Positions 12,358 to 24,696 of a stretch of 64,000 nt of DNA are shown here, in pieces (position 1 is the first letter of the stretch; each line of letters begins with the position of its first letter). The notes under the pieces are model-generated. The model saw nothing but the letters and a program-made list of their open reading frames with translations, ran no database searches and was not told the DNA's origin. The DNA comes from Octopus sinensis (taxonomy: Eukaryota). The stretch spans positions 35,836,001-35,900,000 of the forward strand of contig NC_042998.1 of the NCBI RefSeq assembly GCF_006345805.1, in the 5' to 3' direction. Position numbers and translations under genes: made by a program.

Positions 12358-13035
12358 TTAGAAAATTACTATTTGTAAATCTCACAACAAGAGATATTCA
12401 GCAACAGTACTTTGGAGTAAAGATTGTTTGCCAACATAACATGGCAGTCCTGGTTTAGGATGAATGTTGCTGTAATTTAGCCCCTAGAGACATCATCTCC
12501 AGCTGGCTATACAACATGGTCTGTGTCCTTATATTTTCGAACAAGGGAATCTAGCACCCCCACTCAGCTCAAAACAATGTTTGTGTATTGCGATTTCCAA
12601 GTTATTTCCCTTCTCAGCCCAGAATAATTGTTCGGCTAGAGGTGGTACTGCCAAATTCCCGTTCGAAATATATAGCTGGAGACGATGTTTCCTGGGGCTA
12701 AATTACAGCAACATTCGTCCTAAACCAGGACTGCCATGTTGTTGGCAAACAGTCTTAACTACAAAGTACTGTTGCTGAATATCTCTCATTGTAAGATTTA
12801 CATATAGTAATTTTCTAATTTATAGATCAGTGACTAGCTGTCACTTTGAAAACTATATATTTCGAACAGGAATTTGGCAGCGCCACTTCTAGCCGGACAA
12901 TTATTCTATGCTGATGAAGGGAAATAACCTGGAAATCATGATACACAGATATTGTTTTGAGCTGAGTGGGGGTACTACATTCCCTTGTTTGAAAACATAA
13001 GAACACAGATCGTGTCATATAGCCAACTGGAGATG
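12358..13035. mobile_element. Inverted/permuted repeat element (A-B-A'-x-B') resembling a Penelope pseudo-LTR, carrying a hammerhead-like motif
   Basis: 12358-12503 is the reverse complement of 12676-12818; 12495-12675 is the reverse complement of 12852-13035. Confidence 0.75.
12906..12948 (+). ncRNA. Hammerhead-like motif, second family
   Basis: CTATG-CTGATGA-AGGgaaataaCCT-G-GAA-ATCATGAT-A-CACAG: core boxes, 8-nt palindromic stem III, AUA triplet, stem I CT(A/G)TG/CACAG; decayed antisense copy at 12581-12622; stem II junction is non-canonical. Confidence 0.55.
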
Positions 13036-13196
13036 AAGTTCTAGATCCTCAACCATAGTATGAGACACCATATTTCTTGGCATGGTGGATGCTGCTTAAA
13101 AAGAAATTATATCCTTGTGCACCCTAGAGGATGAAAGTTATGCTTTTGATAAACCCCAGAAAAAGATTATGTTAAACTTACTGTGTCTCAGGATTC

Positions 13197-13705
13197 GTCA
13201 TCATTGTTTAATGTCTGTTTCTCACACTGGCTTGAGTTGAATGGTTTGACAGGAGCTGGCAAGCTGGGGAGCTGCACAAGGCTCCAGTTGTCTGTTTTGG
13301 TATGGTTTTATATGGCTGGATGCCCTTCCTAACACCTGCTGTGCTTACATTGGATTGTAGGGCGACCTGCTGTGCTTGAGGAGGCCTATTGAGTCAATTA
13401 CTTCACTATCAACATCAAAAACCCAAATGGAAATTGTAGTTGTGATACCTGTGTCGGTGGCACGTAAAAAGCACCAACCGATCGTGGCCGTTGCCAGCCT
13501 CCCCTGGCACCTGTGCCAGTGGCACGTAAAAAGCTCTCACTACACTCACGGAGTGGTTGGCATTAGGAAGGGCATCCAGCTGTAGAAATACTGCCAGATC
13601 AGACTGGAACCTGGTGCACCTCCTGGCTTCCCAGACCCCGGTCGAACCGTCCAACCCATGCTAGCATGGAAAACGGACGTTAAACGATGATGATGATTAT
13701 GATGA
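13197..13705. mobile_element. Head-to-head pair of family A RTE ends
   Basis: Minus copy 13197-13340, plus copy ~13345-13705 ending (GAT)n. Confidence 0.75.
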
Positions 13706-14062
13706 CTCTATACTCCTGTAACACTTTGTTCTGAAGCACACACATGTTGAGTTCTACACCAGGTTAAGATTCTTACAATGCCTAAGCAAAATAAATGTGT
13801 GTGTGTGTGTGTGTGTGTGTGTTTATGCTTAATGGCTGGTGTTGGTGTGTTTATGTCTCCATAACTTAGCTCGTCAGCATAGAGAATGATAAAATGAGTA
13901 TCAGGTTTTACAAAAATAAAAGCTGAGATTGATTCATTCAGCTAAGAATCCTTGAAAGCAGTGCCCCAGCATGACCACGCAATGTAATGACTGAAACAAG
14001 TGAAAGGTAATAGGCGAGTGCCCTACCCACGGATGGATACTTTCATCCATTTAATATTGAGG

Positions 14063-14525
14063 GTGGCAACCTGGTAGAATCGGTAGCACGCCAGACGAAC
14101 TGCTTAGCGGTATTTCATCTGCCGTTACGTTCTGAGTTCAAATTCCGCCGAGGTTGACTTTGCCTTTCATCCTTTCAGGGTCGATGAAATAAGTACCTAT
14201 TTCTTTACTACCCACAAGGGGCTAAACGTAGAGGGGACAAACAAGGACAGACAAACGGGTTAAGTTGATTATATCGACTCCAGTGCGTAACTGGTACTTA
14301 TTTAATCGACCCCGAAAGGATGAAAGGCAAAGTCGACGTCGGCGGAATTTGAACTCAGAACGTAACTGCAGACGAAATACGGCTATGCATTTCACCCAGC
14401 GTGCTAACATTTCTGCCAGCTCGCCGCCTTATGAAATAAGTACCAGTTATGCACTGGGATCAATGTAATCAACTCAATACCTTTGTTTGTCCTTGTTTGA
14501 GCCTCTTGTGAGCAATAAAGAAAGA
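14063..14525. mobile_element. Family C SINE with an antisense family C copy nested inside it
   Basis: Inner minus copy 14198-14430 bounded by exact 14-bp TSD ATGAAATAAGTACC (14184-14197, 14431-14444). Confidence 0.9.
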
Positions 14526-14659
14526 ATTATTGAAGCTAATCGCAGGTCAAGGCATGACATATACACTTCCTTGTGATGTAATATGGATTAGTTTTCACTT
14601 TTTCAAATTGAGTTGCATTTCTGAAAATCTGACAGAAAAGTGAAGCGCATTTCCATTGT

Positions 14660-14975
14660 TTTGTTTGTTTGTTTGTTCCTTCTCGAGCCATGCCTGGCTC
14701 ATAAGGGTCGGTTTCCCGGTTTCCTTGGCGTATAGGTTCCCCACCTGGACATGATGCTAGTCCGTCGCAGGTGAGCTGCAAGATGCAGGAGGAAAGAGTG
14801 AGAGAAAGTTGTGGCGAAAGAGTCAGCAGAAGTTTCGCCATTACCTTCTGCCGGAGCCGTGTGGAGCTTAGGTGTTTCGCTCATAAACACACACATCTCT
14901 CAGTCTGAGATTCAAACCTGTGATCCCTCGACCAGGACTCCGCTGCTCTAACCACTAGGCCATGTGCCTCCACAT
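14660..14975 (-). mobile_element. Family E tRNA-derived SINE
   Basis: Reverse strand: gtggaggcacatggcctagtggttagagcagcgg...ggtttgaatc, tail (AAAC)n; second copy at 51795-52080. Confidence 0.85.
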
Positions 14976-15262
14976 TTCCCATTGACTTCCATGTAATCTG
15001 GAACCCCTTGGGAAATTATATTTCATTCTATGAAATTCCATGTTGTGGCAAGATTTACAGGAATTCAACGGTTCTGTAGCTGAAGATGTTTATTTGCTAG
15101 AACAATACGTTTTTTTTTTTTTTGTCGTGTTCATTTTAGTTGTGTTTACAGATGTACAAGCGTCTTTGTCCTTGCATGCATAAATAGACATAATTGCTCA
15201 GATATCTTTTTTTTTTTCCTTTCCTCTTGAATAAATAATTTATTTAATTTTTCTTTTTCTAG

Positions 15263-15338
15263 AATGCGAGAACTGGACAGAGAACAGGCAGAAAGTCTGA
15301 TAAATGCTGGTGATGTGGTTCCACAGATAGACTCTTGA
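15263..15338 (+). CDS. SLC35F5: SLC35F5-like, last coding exon (after 12.1 kb intron)
   Basis: tttttctag|A ATG CGA...TCT TGA; (R)MRELDREQAESLINAGDVVPQIDS*, phase-compatible with previous exon and like SLC35F5 tail EQCESLI. Confidence 0.8.
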
Positions 15339-15754
15339 TGGAAACGAGTTTTCACTAACGTTATCGTTAGTTAAACATCAACATAATTCTTCGATTCTTA
15401 ATGATGTAGATGCAGTTTTCGTTTGAAAGACAATATACTATTTCCTTCATGGAAAAAAAAAGGGGGGTGGGTGAAACGGTACAAGAGGGGTAGGGGAATA
15501 TACCCCCTCTTCTACTATAAACAATTTGTTCACTGACATTGTCAAAAACAAAAAAAAAGAAGTTTGTAAAGTATTCCACTAATTTAACATATCTACGATT
15601 GTTCATGTTCATCTTGTCGTTTGTTAAAATGTTTTTGTTTTCTTATGCATGCGTGTGTGTGTGTGTGTGTGTGTGTTTGAAGGGAGAAGAACAGTAAATA
15701 TAAAGAACCAAAATATTTTCTTTACTCAAAGTAAAAAGAAGAAAATTCAAACAG

Positions 15755-15758
<4 letters not shown>

Positions 15759-15809
<51 letters not shown>
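15759..15809. repeat. (GA)n microsatellite, probably in SLC35F5 3' UTR
   Basis: Uninterrupted AG dinucleotide run. Confidence 0.95.
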
Positions 15810-15811
<2 letters not shown>

Positions 15812-16217
15812 CATTGCAATTATTGTGGTCCTTGGAAATCCTCAGTGGTGGAGGTCAGTTACTCACATGAACCTTCGGCTGTCCCCCTTATGCCGAATTG
15901 AGGAACACAGTTTCAGTTTTATTTAAAATAATCCTTGTCTTTGCTCCCATCCTCATCCTCACTAATTATTATTGATGATGAAGTGTGGCTGAAATGGTAG
16001 GCAGCATCATTCTGAATATCTTGGTGTATTTAGTTACCTGGAAACTTCATCTCTTTGAATTAAAATCTTATCAGGATTGTCTTTTGCCTTCGAAGGCAAA
16101 AGCAAGTTCTAATTGAGTAATGGATTAGGCCTCCACAATAGGCAACAACCCTCCACCACAACTTTGTGGCCTCATGCCAAATCTAGAAATTATTATTATT
16201 ATTATTATTATTATTGA

Positions 16218-16430
16218 GGCTGCAAGCTGGCAGACTTGTTAGCATGCCAGGCAAAAATGCTAAGTAGCATTTCATCAATCTTTCACGTTTTGAGTTCAAA
16301 TTCTGCCGAGGTCGACTTTGTCTTTCATCTTATTTGGGGTTGATAAAATACGGACCAGTTAAACACTGGGGTCACTATATTTGACTTACACCCCTCCTCC
16401 AAAATTACTGGCCTTGTGCCAAAATTTGAA
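16218..16430 (+). mobile_element. Family C SINE
   Basis: gcaagctggcaga..gttagcatgccaggc...gagttcaaattctgccgaggtcgactttg, flanked by (TTA)n/(CAT)n. Confidence 0.75.
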
Positions 16431-17124
16431 ACTATTACTGTTATCATCATCATCACCACCACCACCATCATCATCATCATCATTATTATTATTATTATTA
16501 TTATTGAGTGCAGTGTCCAGGTGAAGGTAGTTGACTTTTCTAATTTTGTATGCTGTCCCTGGCGAACATGCTGCGCACCGAAGCAAGATGGTTGTCTTTT
16601 GTTTAAAACCTCAAATATATTTAAGAAATAATCTCTCTTCTCATTACTGTTTTCTGTTTAAGCCTTCTTTGTGAACTGAAAGTAAATTATTTTTTATTTG
16701 TGTATTTGTGTATGTGTGTCCGTGTGTCCTGTCCATCAATAATGTCAACTTGTGAAGCTATTTGGAATTGCTAAGTTCACTTTCTCCAATTTTTTTTTTT
16801 TTACTTTTTTAATACATAATAAAAGGTTTACTGATTTTACTCGTATCTTTTTCAGCAGGTTGAAGGGAAGAAATCCTTTTTGCCTCTGCCCCTCCCCTCC
16901 ACTGAAGTCTTATTTATATCTATGTCTTTGATTCTAAAAGGATGCTTATAAGCATCATTTCAGTCTTTCTGTTTGTTTCTCATTTTTGTTTCTACTCAAT
17001 TTTGATTAAATGGGAAATAAATTAAATTCTTTTACCATTTTTTTTTTCCATCAGTAAATTCTGGTGAATTTGATTTAATTTGTCAAATTTCTACTGATTA
17101 TTATTAATATTATTATTATTATTG

Positions 17125-17420
17125 GCAGGGTCGATCTAATTGACTGGCCCCTGCCCCCAAATTTCGGGACTTGTCCCTAGAGTAGAAAAGATTATAACTA
17201 TTATTATTGGTGGTGGGCTGGTAGAATCGTTAGCATGCCGGGCGAAAGGCTTAGTGGCAATTTATTTGTCCTAATGTTCAGAGTTCAAATTCTGCCAAGG
17301 TTGACTTTGCCTTTCATCCTTTCGAGGTCAATAAATTAAGTACCAGTTACACTCTGGGGTGTCAATGCAATCGATTTAATCTCTTCCCCCAAGCTGCCCT
17401 TGTGGCAAAAATTTGAAACC
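17125..17420 (+). mobile_element. Family C SINE (tail fragment plus full copy)
   Basis: gttgactttgcctttcatcctttcgaggtcaataaattaagtaccag core. Confidence 0.75.
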
Positions 17421-17451
17421 GTCATCGTCATTATTATTACTATCATCATCA

Positions 17452-17484
<33 letters not shown>

Positions 17485-17959
17485 GCATAATACACAAGAG
17501 ATCTGTGATCAGTTGGAAACTTATCTGTGAAATGCAACACAAACTCGGCCGTAGAATTTAAGCTATACTTAATATATAAATATTTTTCAAGAGAATTGAG
17601 GACAAAAATTAGATTGCACTTTACGTCTTAAATTTGGCTTAAAATTTGTTGTCCAGATACCAACATACCATGAATGATATATTTAATTATTATTATTATT
17701 ATTACATGTAACTTGAAGGGGGTTGAGTTACCAGAAATGGTAGAGTGCCAAGCTGAAATATGGAACTTGGTCTCCCTCTACAATCTCTATTTTTGCTTGG
17801 GTCCAAGTTTGCAGTTCATCAGTCAAGGATTAATTACATGAGCCCCATTACAATAATCTTCTGTAATTCCTGAAGAGGTTTTTATCAACAATATACCTGC
17901 CAGCCCCTACACAAAAATTGGACTTGTACCTATGAAAGAAAGCAATGTTGCATAATAAG

Positions 17960-18335
17960 TGCAGGCACGGTTGTGTGGTAAGAAGTTTCCTTCCCAACCA
18001 CATGGTTCCAGGTTCAGTCCCACTGCATGGTACCTTGGGCAAGTGTCTTCTATTCTAGCCTTGGGCCGACTAAAGCCTTGTGAGAGGATTTGGTAGATGG
18101 GAACTGAAAGAAGTCTGTCGGGTGTGTGTGTGTGTGTGTTTGTCCACCACCACTGCTTGAGAACTTGTGTTGGTGTGTTTATATCCCCCATAACTTAGTG
18201 GTTCAGCAGGAGAGACCAATAGAAATAAGTACCTGGCTGTAAAAACAAGTCCTAGGGTCGATTCACTCAACTGAAACTTCCTCCAGGTAGTGCCCCAGAA
18301 TGGCCACAGTCTAATGACTTGAAACAAGTAAAAGC
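17960..18335 (+). mobile_element. Family B SINE
   Basis: tRNA-like head, (TG)n, tail gaaacaagtaaaag. Confidence 0.8.
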
Positions 18336-18851
18336 TAAGTGTGTGATTGAGATTCCAGATTTGAATTTATTGCACAACCCCTTTTGACTGGCAAATATTT
18401 TCTCCTCCGACCCCCCGACTGCCCAGCATCTTGGGTGACTTGTTTTCTACTTCAGGTTTCAATTGACCAACTCTTTGTGAGCGGAACGGGGTGGGTGGGA
18501 AACTGTACAAGAAGAGCCAGTTGGATCTACATGTGTGGGTGAGAGTCCCTGTATTAATATTTACATCATTTTAAGAAGTGTTGTCTGTGTTGTCACTTTG
18601 TTCTGTAACTTAGCAGTTCAACAAAAGGAGGTCGATATGTACAAGACTAAAATAATTACCGTGACTGATGTGGTCAGCTAAACCATTGAAGGGGATGCCT
18701 CAGCATGGCCACAGTCCAATGATTGAAATCGGTAAAAATACGTGTATTTTGAGGGGGGTGGGGTTCTAAAGACGTTTGATTTCAATCTTTTTTTTTTTAA
18801 TGTTATTGTTTTGAAAATGGTGTGTGTGTGTATGATGTATGTATGTATGTG

Positions 18852-18898
<47 letters not shown>

Positions 18899-19151
18899 TT
18901 TTAAAGATTTTATCATGAAGTAGTTTTTTTTTTTTTTATAATGTTAAAAATAAGAAAACTGATTTTATTTGATGTAAATGAAGGAATATTAAAACATGAA
19001 ATAAAGATCAATATTTCTTAGTAGCAAAGCCATGTTTTTTTAGAAATTTTAATTTTGTCTTTGATTTCATGTTGCTGTTAATTGATGGTATTGACTTGCA
19101 AGGAAAAGAGAGTGAGAGCAGAAAGTGCAAGCATTATTATTTACAGGTTTA

Positions 19152-19365
19152 AGGCAGTGAGCAAGCAGAAACGTTAGCACGCCGGGTGAAATGCTTAGCA
19201 GTATTTCGTCTGTCTTTATGTTCAGAGTTCAAGTTCTACCAAGGTCGACTTTGCCTTTCATCCTTTCAGGGTCAATAAAATAAGTACCAGTTGTATACTA
19301 GAGTTGATCTAATTGACTGGCCCCCTCCCCCAAAATTTCAGGCCTTGTGCCTAGAGTAGAGAAGA
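19152..19365 (+). mobile_element. Family C SINE
   Basis: Same head and core; tail ccctccccc.aaaatttcaggccttgtgcctagagtaga. Confidence 0.8.
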
Positions 19366-19390
19366 TTATTGTTAACAGGTTTATAAAGTA

Positions 19391-19757
19391 CTAGCAGTAT
19401 CGCCTGGCGTTGCTTGGGTTTGTTTTGACCCTTTAGAATTGGAATTTTCGAAAAGTAAAAATTTTGCATTATGTAGCTTGTTATTCTCTTTAAGTGAACA
19501 TTTTTCTGGTTGAAAAATGGTGATACAACAGTAAAAAAAATCGTTAAAAAATAGGGATTTTCATAGAAAAAAAGCACTAATTGGTGTTAACATGGTCCGA
19601 TTTGAATTTTTTTTCTACGGAAGGAAGAGCAAGCCTTCTATCATACTCTCAATTTTGGTCAACTTGCGCCGCAGGGTCTCGGAGGAGATAGTGTTAGTTG
19701 AAGGCTACCAAACCTGCCATACACAGACAACTTCAGCTTTATATACAGACAGACAGA
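19391..19757 (-). mobile_element. Non-autonomous Helitron-like element
   Basis: Reverse strand starts TC(TGTC)n and ends CCCAAGCAACGCCAGG (decayed hairpin)-CGATACTG-CTAG|T. Confidence 0.65.
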
Positions 19758-19894
19758 ATTATTAAAATATCTAATTTTAACAGAATTTACAGTAAAGGAA
19801 AATTGAATAACGTAATGTGTTCATGCGTATGTTTAGCAAGGGTTTCACTTTATAAACCATATTTTGAAACAAATATTGTTTTATTTAGGATTCA

Positions 19895-20490
19895 TTTAGT
19901 TAGTTAGTTAATTTTTTGGCTCAAAAAGCAAAAAGCAAGGCCATGTAGGGGAACATGGAGTTATGTACAGGGTGGTGTTCATGTAAAGAGTTCAGGCCAC
20001 TTGTGGTCAAGGGAGACTTTGAACAGAGCGGTCGTCGGCATTTTCACTATCTCGTCCGGCAGCTTATTCCACGGATCTGCAACCCGGACGGAAAAGCCCC
20101 TCTCCTTCGATTGAGATGAAATCGTCACAGATAGAGCTTTTCGGAGTGACCCCGCAGCTGATGCTCTGGAGCAGGAGTGAAGAACAGCTCTTTTGAGATG
20201 TTACACTTTCCGCTTATGATGTTGTGAGCAAGAATGAGATCACCACGGCGGCGGCGTTTTTCTAGAGAATAAAGGTTGAGCGTCTTCAGCCTTTCTTCAT
20301 AAGACAAATGCTTGAGTGAGACCAAGAACCATGCGGGTAGCCAGCTTCTGGACTCTTTCGAGATGATGTATATCTTTGAGGAGATAAGAAGAGGCTTGAA
20401 TCCCGTACTCCAATATGGGTCTCACCAGCGTGACAGAGAGCAGTAGGAATATGGCTGCTGTGAGGCATTCCGAATGACTGTCGGAACAAA
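19895..20490 (-). mobile_element. CR1-group LINE 3' fragment with (TAAC)n tail
   Basis: TLVRPILEYG...LERVQKLATRMV...LSYEERLKTLNLYSLEKRRRRGDLI...LRGHSEKL; closely related copy at 54277-54828. Confidence 0.9.
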
Positions 20491-21087
20491 AACAGAACTC
20501 CACGTGCTTTGTTGGCAGCATGGACGCACTCAGCTGGAGAAAAAGAATTGTACCTGTAATTCTAAGGGGGCCAGCCTTGTCACATTCTGTGTTATATTGA
20601 ATCTCCTTGAGAACTACATTAAACCCATGACAACAGATTTTTTTTATCAGGCAACTAGGTCCTTGGCAGTGAGCATCTCGGTCGAGGTCAGCAATTAACG
20701 CACAACGGTTCAGCATATATTTGCGTCAGTCACTTTCGTTCCACAATTAAGCTTGTTTAAAGTGTAACAGTTGAACCTGATTTGGTATGTCGAAGAGTTT
20801 GATTCTGTCTTCAATTTTATTTCATAGTTAAGGTTGCTGTAAGCGTAACACTGAAAAAAAACAAGCTTTTGTCAAGCAGAAAAATATTACACATTAGTAC
20901 CTTCTTCATGCACACACACTTCATCTATCCACTGTGTATGTGTGTGTGTGTAAACAAATCAAATTCTTTATATAAATTATATTAAACATGATACCCATCC
21001 AAATGCTGTCTTGAGATTGAAAATTCACTTTCAGGCTTTGAGTTATAGCATTTGGACCACACTGGTTGGTATGATAAATGCTTAGTA

Positions 21088-21482
21088 AAGGTGGCAAGCT
21101 GGTAGAAACGTTAGCACACTGGGCGAAATGCTTAGCGGTATTTCGTCAGTCATTACGTTGCGAGTTCAAATTCCGCCGAGGTCAACTTTGCCTTTCATCC
21201 TTTGGGGGTCAATTAAATAAGTACCAGTTACGCACTGGGGTTGATATAATCGACTTCATCCGTTTGTCTGTCCTTGTTTGTTCTCTCTGTGTTTAGCCAC
21301 TTGTGAATAGTAAAGAAATGGGTATTTCATGTCTTTACGTTCTGCATTGAAATTCTTCCAAGGTCAACTTTGCCTTTCATCCTTTCGGATTGATAAATTA
21401 AGTACCAGTTCTGTACTGGGGTCAATCTAATCGACCGTCCCCCTCCCCAAAAGTTTCAGGTCTCTTGCCTAGAGTAGAAAAG
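21088..21482 (+). mobile_element. Family C SINE dimer
   Basis: Full unit with gtgaatagtaaagaaat tail fused to a headless unit with gcctagagtagaaa tail. Confidence 0.8.
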
Positions 21483-22688
21483 GTTAATGTTTAGTAGTAT
21501 TTATTATTTCTTCGTATACTAAGGGTTAATTTTTGTTGAAAATATGATGTGGAGGTGTGGATCCTTGCTCTGTTGTGCATATGTTAAATTAGCTGATCTT
21601 GCTGGTGTTAAGAAGTTATTGAATTATCTGCAAAGTAAGCGAGATACTTGTGGAGACAGAAAAAGTTCAGTTAAAAAGCAAGTGAACATGTAGTATTGAG
21701 TGTGGAAAAGGTGATGCAATTTCACTGTATTTTCAATTGCCTGACAAGTGATAAATGCATAGGTTAAAATGTTAACAATCAATTTACTGTTATTGTTCCA
21801 TATCAGATCAGTGCTAAGATGATGGTAATATATAATCTTACCCTTTTTTTGTGGAAAATTGATAATCCTTTGAGTGTTGGATATGGTGCCTCTTGATAGC
21901 AGTACTTCTAGTTCTTTGCACTCTCTGATTTCAAATCATTCCAATGTAAAGTCTGCCTTTCATCCTTTCATAGGTGAAATTCCAGCACAAGAGTCAATTC
22001 ATCTCTCTTTGGATTGTAGATTCGGTTCACGTCTGTGGAATATGGGTTTATTTCCCAAGAATCAAATTGATGCAGCACTTAAGTGCTTGTTGCAGAGTCA
22101 GAGAATCTATTATTTTAAATATAAATAAACGAACAGTAGAAAATGGAATGAATAACATGATTTATTTAAAATCTCTACAATTGTTTCAACATATTTTTAC
22201 ACCTGTAGTATACCAGTGAGATGTTGTGTAATCATTATCATCTATCAAAGTTGTAAAATGCGACTCTTCAGGTGATTGTTTAAATAGGTTCTTTGTTTGA
22301 TCCTGTCATCAATTCACCCAGTTTGAGAATGCATGCCCAAAGCAGTGTGTCATTTTCAGCAATTTACAGACAAAACTAAACCCATGGACGTAGTGACAGA
22401 CAAAATACAATTATAATCAAAATACAGAAATAAAGAAATGAACAAAAAACAAAACAAACCATTGATGCATTCCCATTGTATGATGACATCAGGTAGCCAA
22501 TAATTGTGGATGAGCTTTGCATAACATTCTACAAAGTTTTTACTTGAATCTTATTTAACAATATTTTATATATATGTATATCATTATAATCAATGGTAAA
22601 GTCTATATAGGATTTTATCAAGTAGCCAGCATGTAATAAACCATTTAGGTAAAACATTAATACAAAATATTTAATTTTATAAATATAA

Positions 22689-23113
22689 CTAGCAGCTAAG
22701 CCCAGTTTCACTCGGTCGGTTTGGATGATGTGGCTGTAAAACCTGCTCTGTGTAAGCATTCGACTTGTTTGGGCATGCTTACGTTAAAAAACAATTTTAG
22801 AATGACTTTTTTCTGTCAAAACGCTAAAAATAACTGAGCAACAACAAAATAATAAACCCAAATACTAAACAAAGATGAACCGGACCACTTCCATTGCACG
22901 CACATACACACACACAAACACACATACATTCACATACCCCCCTTTTACATACAAACATATATTCACACAGAGTTGAAATGATGTTTGATTTATTTTTTTC
23001 AGCGTACAATTTTCATCATCCGACTACCAAGTATCACATCACCTTTTCCTTCCTTATTAATGTATTGCCCCTTCCTTTTTCATTCATAAACATAAGAGTA
23101 TTATTATAGTAGA
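22689..23113 (-). mobile_element. Non-autonomous Helitron
   Basis: Reverse strand A|TCTACTATAATAAT...CCGAGTGAAACTGGG-CTTAGCTG-CTAG|T: 5' TC, subterminal hairpin, 3' CTAG, inserted between A and T. Confidence 0.75.
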
Positions 23114-23965
23114 TTATCTCAGTAACGATGGGAGCTATGAAAACATAACAGGTGCTATTATTCCAGATCAGAGTAAACCTGGGAACAGTAACAGCTAAAA
23201 GGTGGTTCCACACTCCTCAAAACCTTGGAACTCTTGTACCAATGCCCTACTACTGGATGCAGTCTTAAGTCTTAGCCTCTGAGCCTAGAGAAAGGGACAG
23301 CGTGCATGACCTTGTAAATTCTTTGGGACCAGTAAACCTGATGTCATTATTGTTCCATTTAAACTGATAAGAAAGACATGTGAAGGAAGATTTCAAAGGA
23401 CTGATGTCCTCTGGCGCAAACACTAGAAGTACCCGTAAATGTAGGGTACTTAGGTTGTTAGGATGAAGCATAGCAAGGGTGGTGACAAGTGGAAAGACAA
23501 TTGGGTTGAAGTACCTGAGGAGAAGAGGTACAAAACACAGGTAATAATAATAATAACAATAATAATAATGAACTTATTGTATACAGTGCTCAGGTGCAGT
23601 ACAACTCATCAGAAAAAGTACCCAGAAAGGGTATGAACAGTAGATAGAATAATGCACAGAAAGTGAACAGTTAACGAGTTTAGAAAAAAATAAAGTAGGG
23701 TGGCATCAAGTGTACTGCCTGATGTCCCCTACAGGGGACCAATGCTTCATTGTTAGCTTCTTTTGAGCCTTGAAGTGTGTCAGCGACCGTTGGGGGTTGG
23801 AATATTTTCTGGCTCTGAAGAGAAGGGCCAGGCTTTGAGATATAATCTTAGCTATGTTAAGGATGTGTTTTGGCCAGGAGATGTCCTTAGTGGTTGTAGT
23901 CCAGTTGGGTCTCCCTTGTGTTTAGAGGAGGTGTGGTGCACTGGTGCATTCTTAATACAAGAAAT

Positions 23966-24195
23966 GGTTGAGCTGGCAGAAACGTTAGCACGCTGGGCAA
24001 AATGCTTAACAGTATTTCGTCTGTCATTACATTCTGGGTTCAAATTCCGCCGAGGTCGACTTTGCCTTTCATCCTTTCGGGATCAATAAATTAAGTACCA
24101 GCTACGCACTGGGGTCGATGTAATCGATTTAATCCCCTTGTCTATCCTTGTTTGTGTCCTCTGTGTCTTGCCCCTTGTGGGTAATAAAGAAATAA
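23966..24195 (+). mobile_element. Family C SINE
   Basis: gagctggcagaaacgttagcacg...ccccttgtgggtaataaagaaata. Confidence 0.85.
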
Positions 24196-24696
24196 GAAAT
24201 GGTTGATTTTTTTTCTTTCTATTTCTTTCTTTTTTTTTGTTGTTGTTAAAGTTGATGAAAATGGCATTGCTCTGCTGGGGAATCTTATCTTGACATTTGC
24301 ATCTCTGTTATTTAGACAAGCTAAGAACATATTCTATGGCCACATTGCTTCAATCCACTGAAGCTCAGCAACACAATCTCTCACCGTATCCAGACAATTA
24401 TTACAACTTATCCAGTTGAGTCAAAAAAGAGAAAAGAAACAACAAAAACAAAAAATATCCTGAAACTTCTTTTGTAGAAAACTTCCAGCTTTCATCTCCC
24501 TCCCCCCCAAATAGTCAAGTGACCATTGCATTGTATAATGGGAGAGACTTCATAATTCTTGAGGAATATTTTTATGGACTTCTGACTATTTAATTCTATA
24601 ATTTTCATGTTGCTTAGCTACTGAGAACTGCTACTGAAATTTGGTAGGAATTTATTTTTTATCATTATTATTATTACTTTTTTTTTTTTTGAAAAT

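Noticed and set aside
16810-17025. AATAAA hexamers as the SLC35F5 poly(A) signal
   Set aside because: Several candidates in AT-rich DNA; cannot be chosen without transcript data
20420-20440. Identical 5' truncation point in the two (TAAC)n CR1 copies
   Set aside because: The 19895 copy extends about 60 bp further (RQSFG..LTAAIFL), so the breakpoints differ
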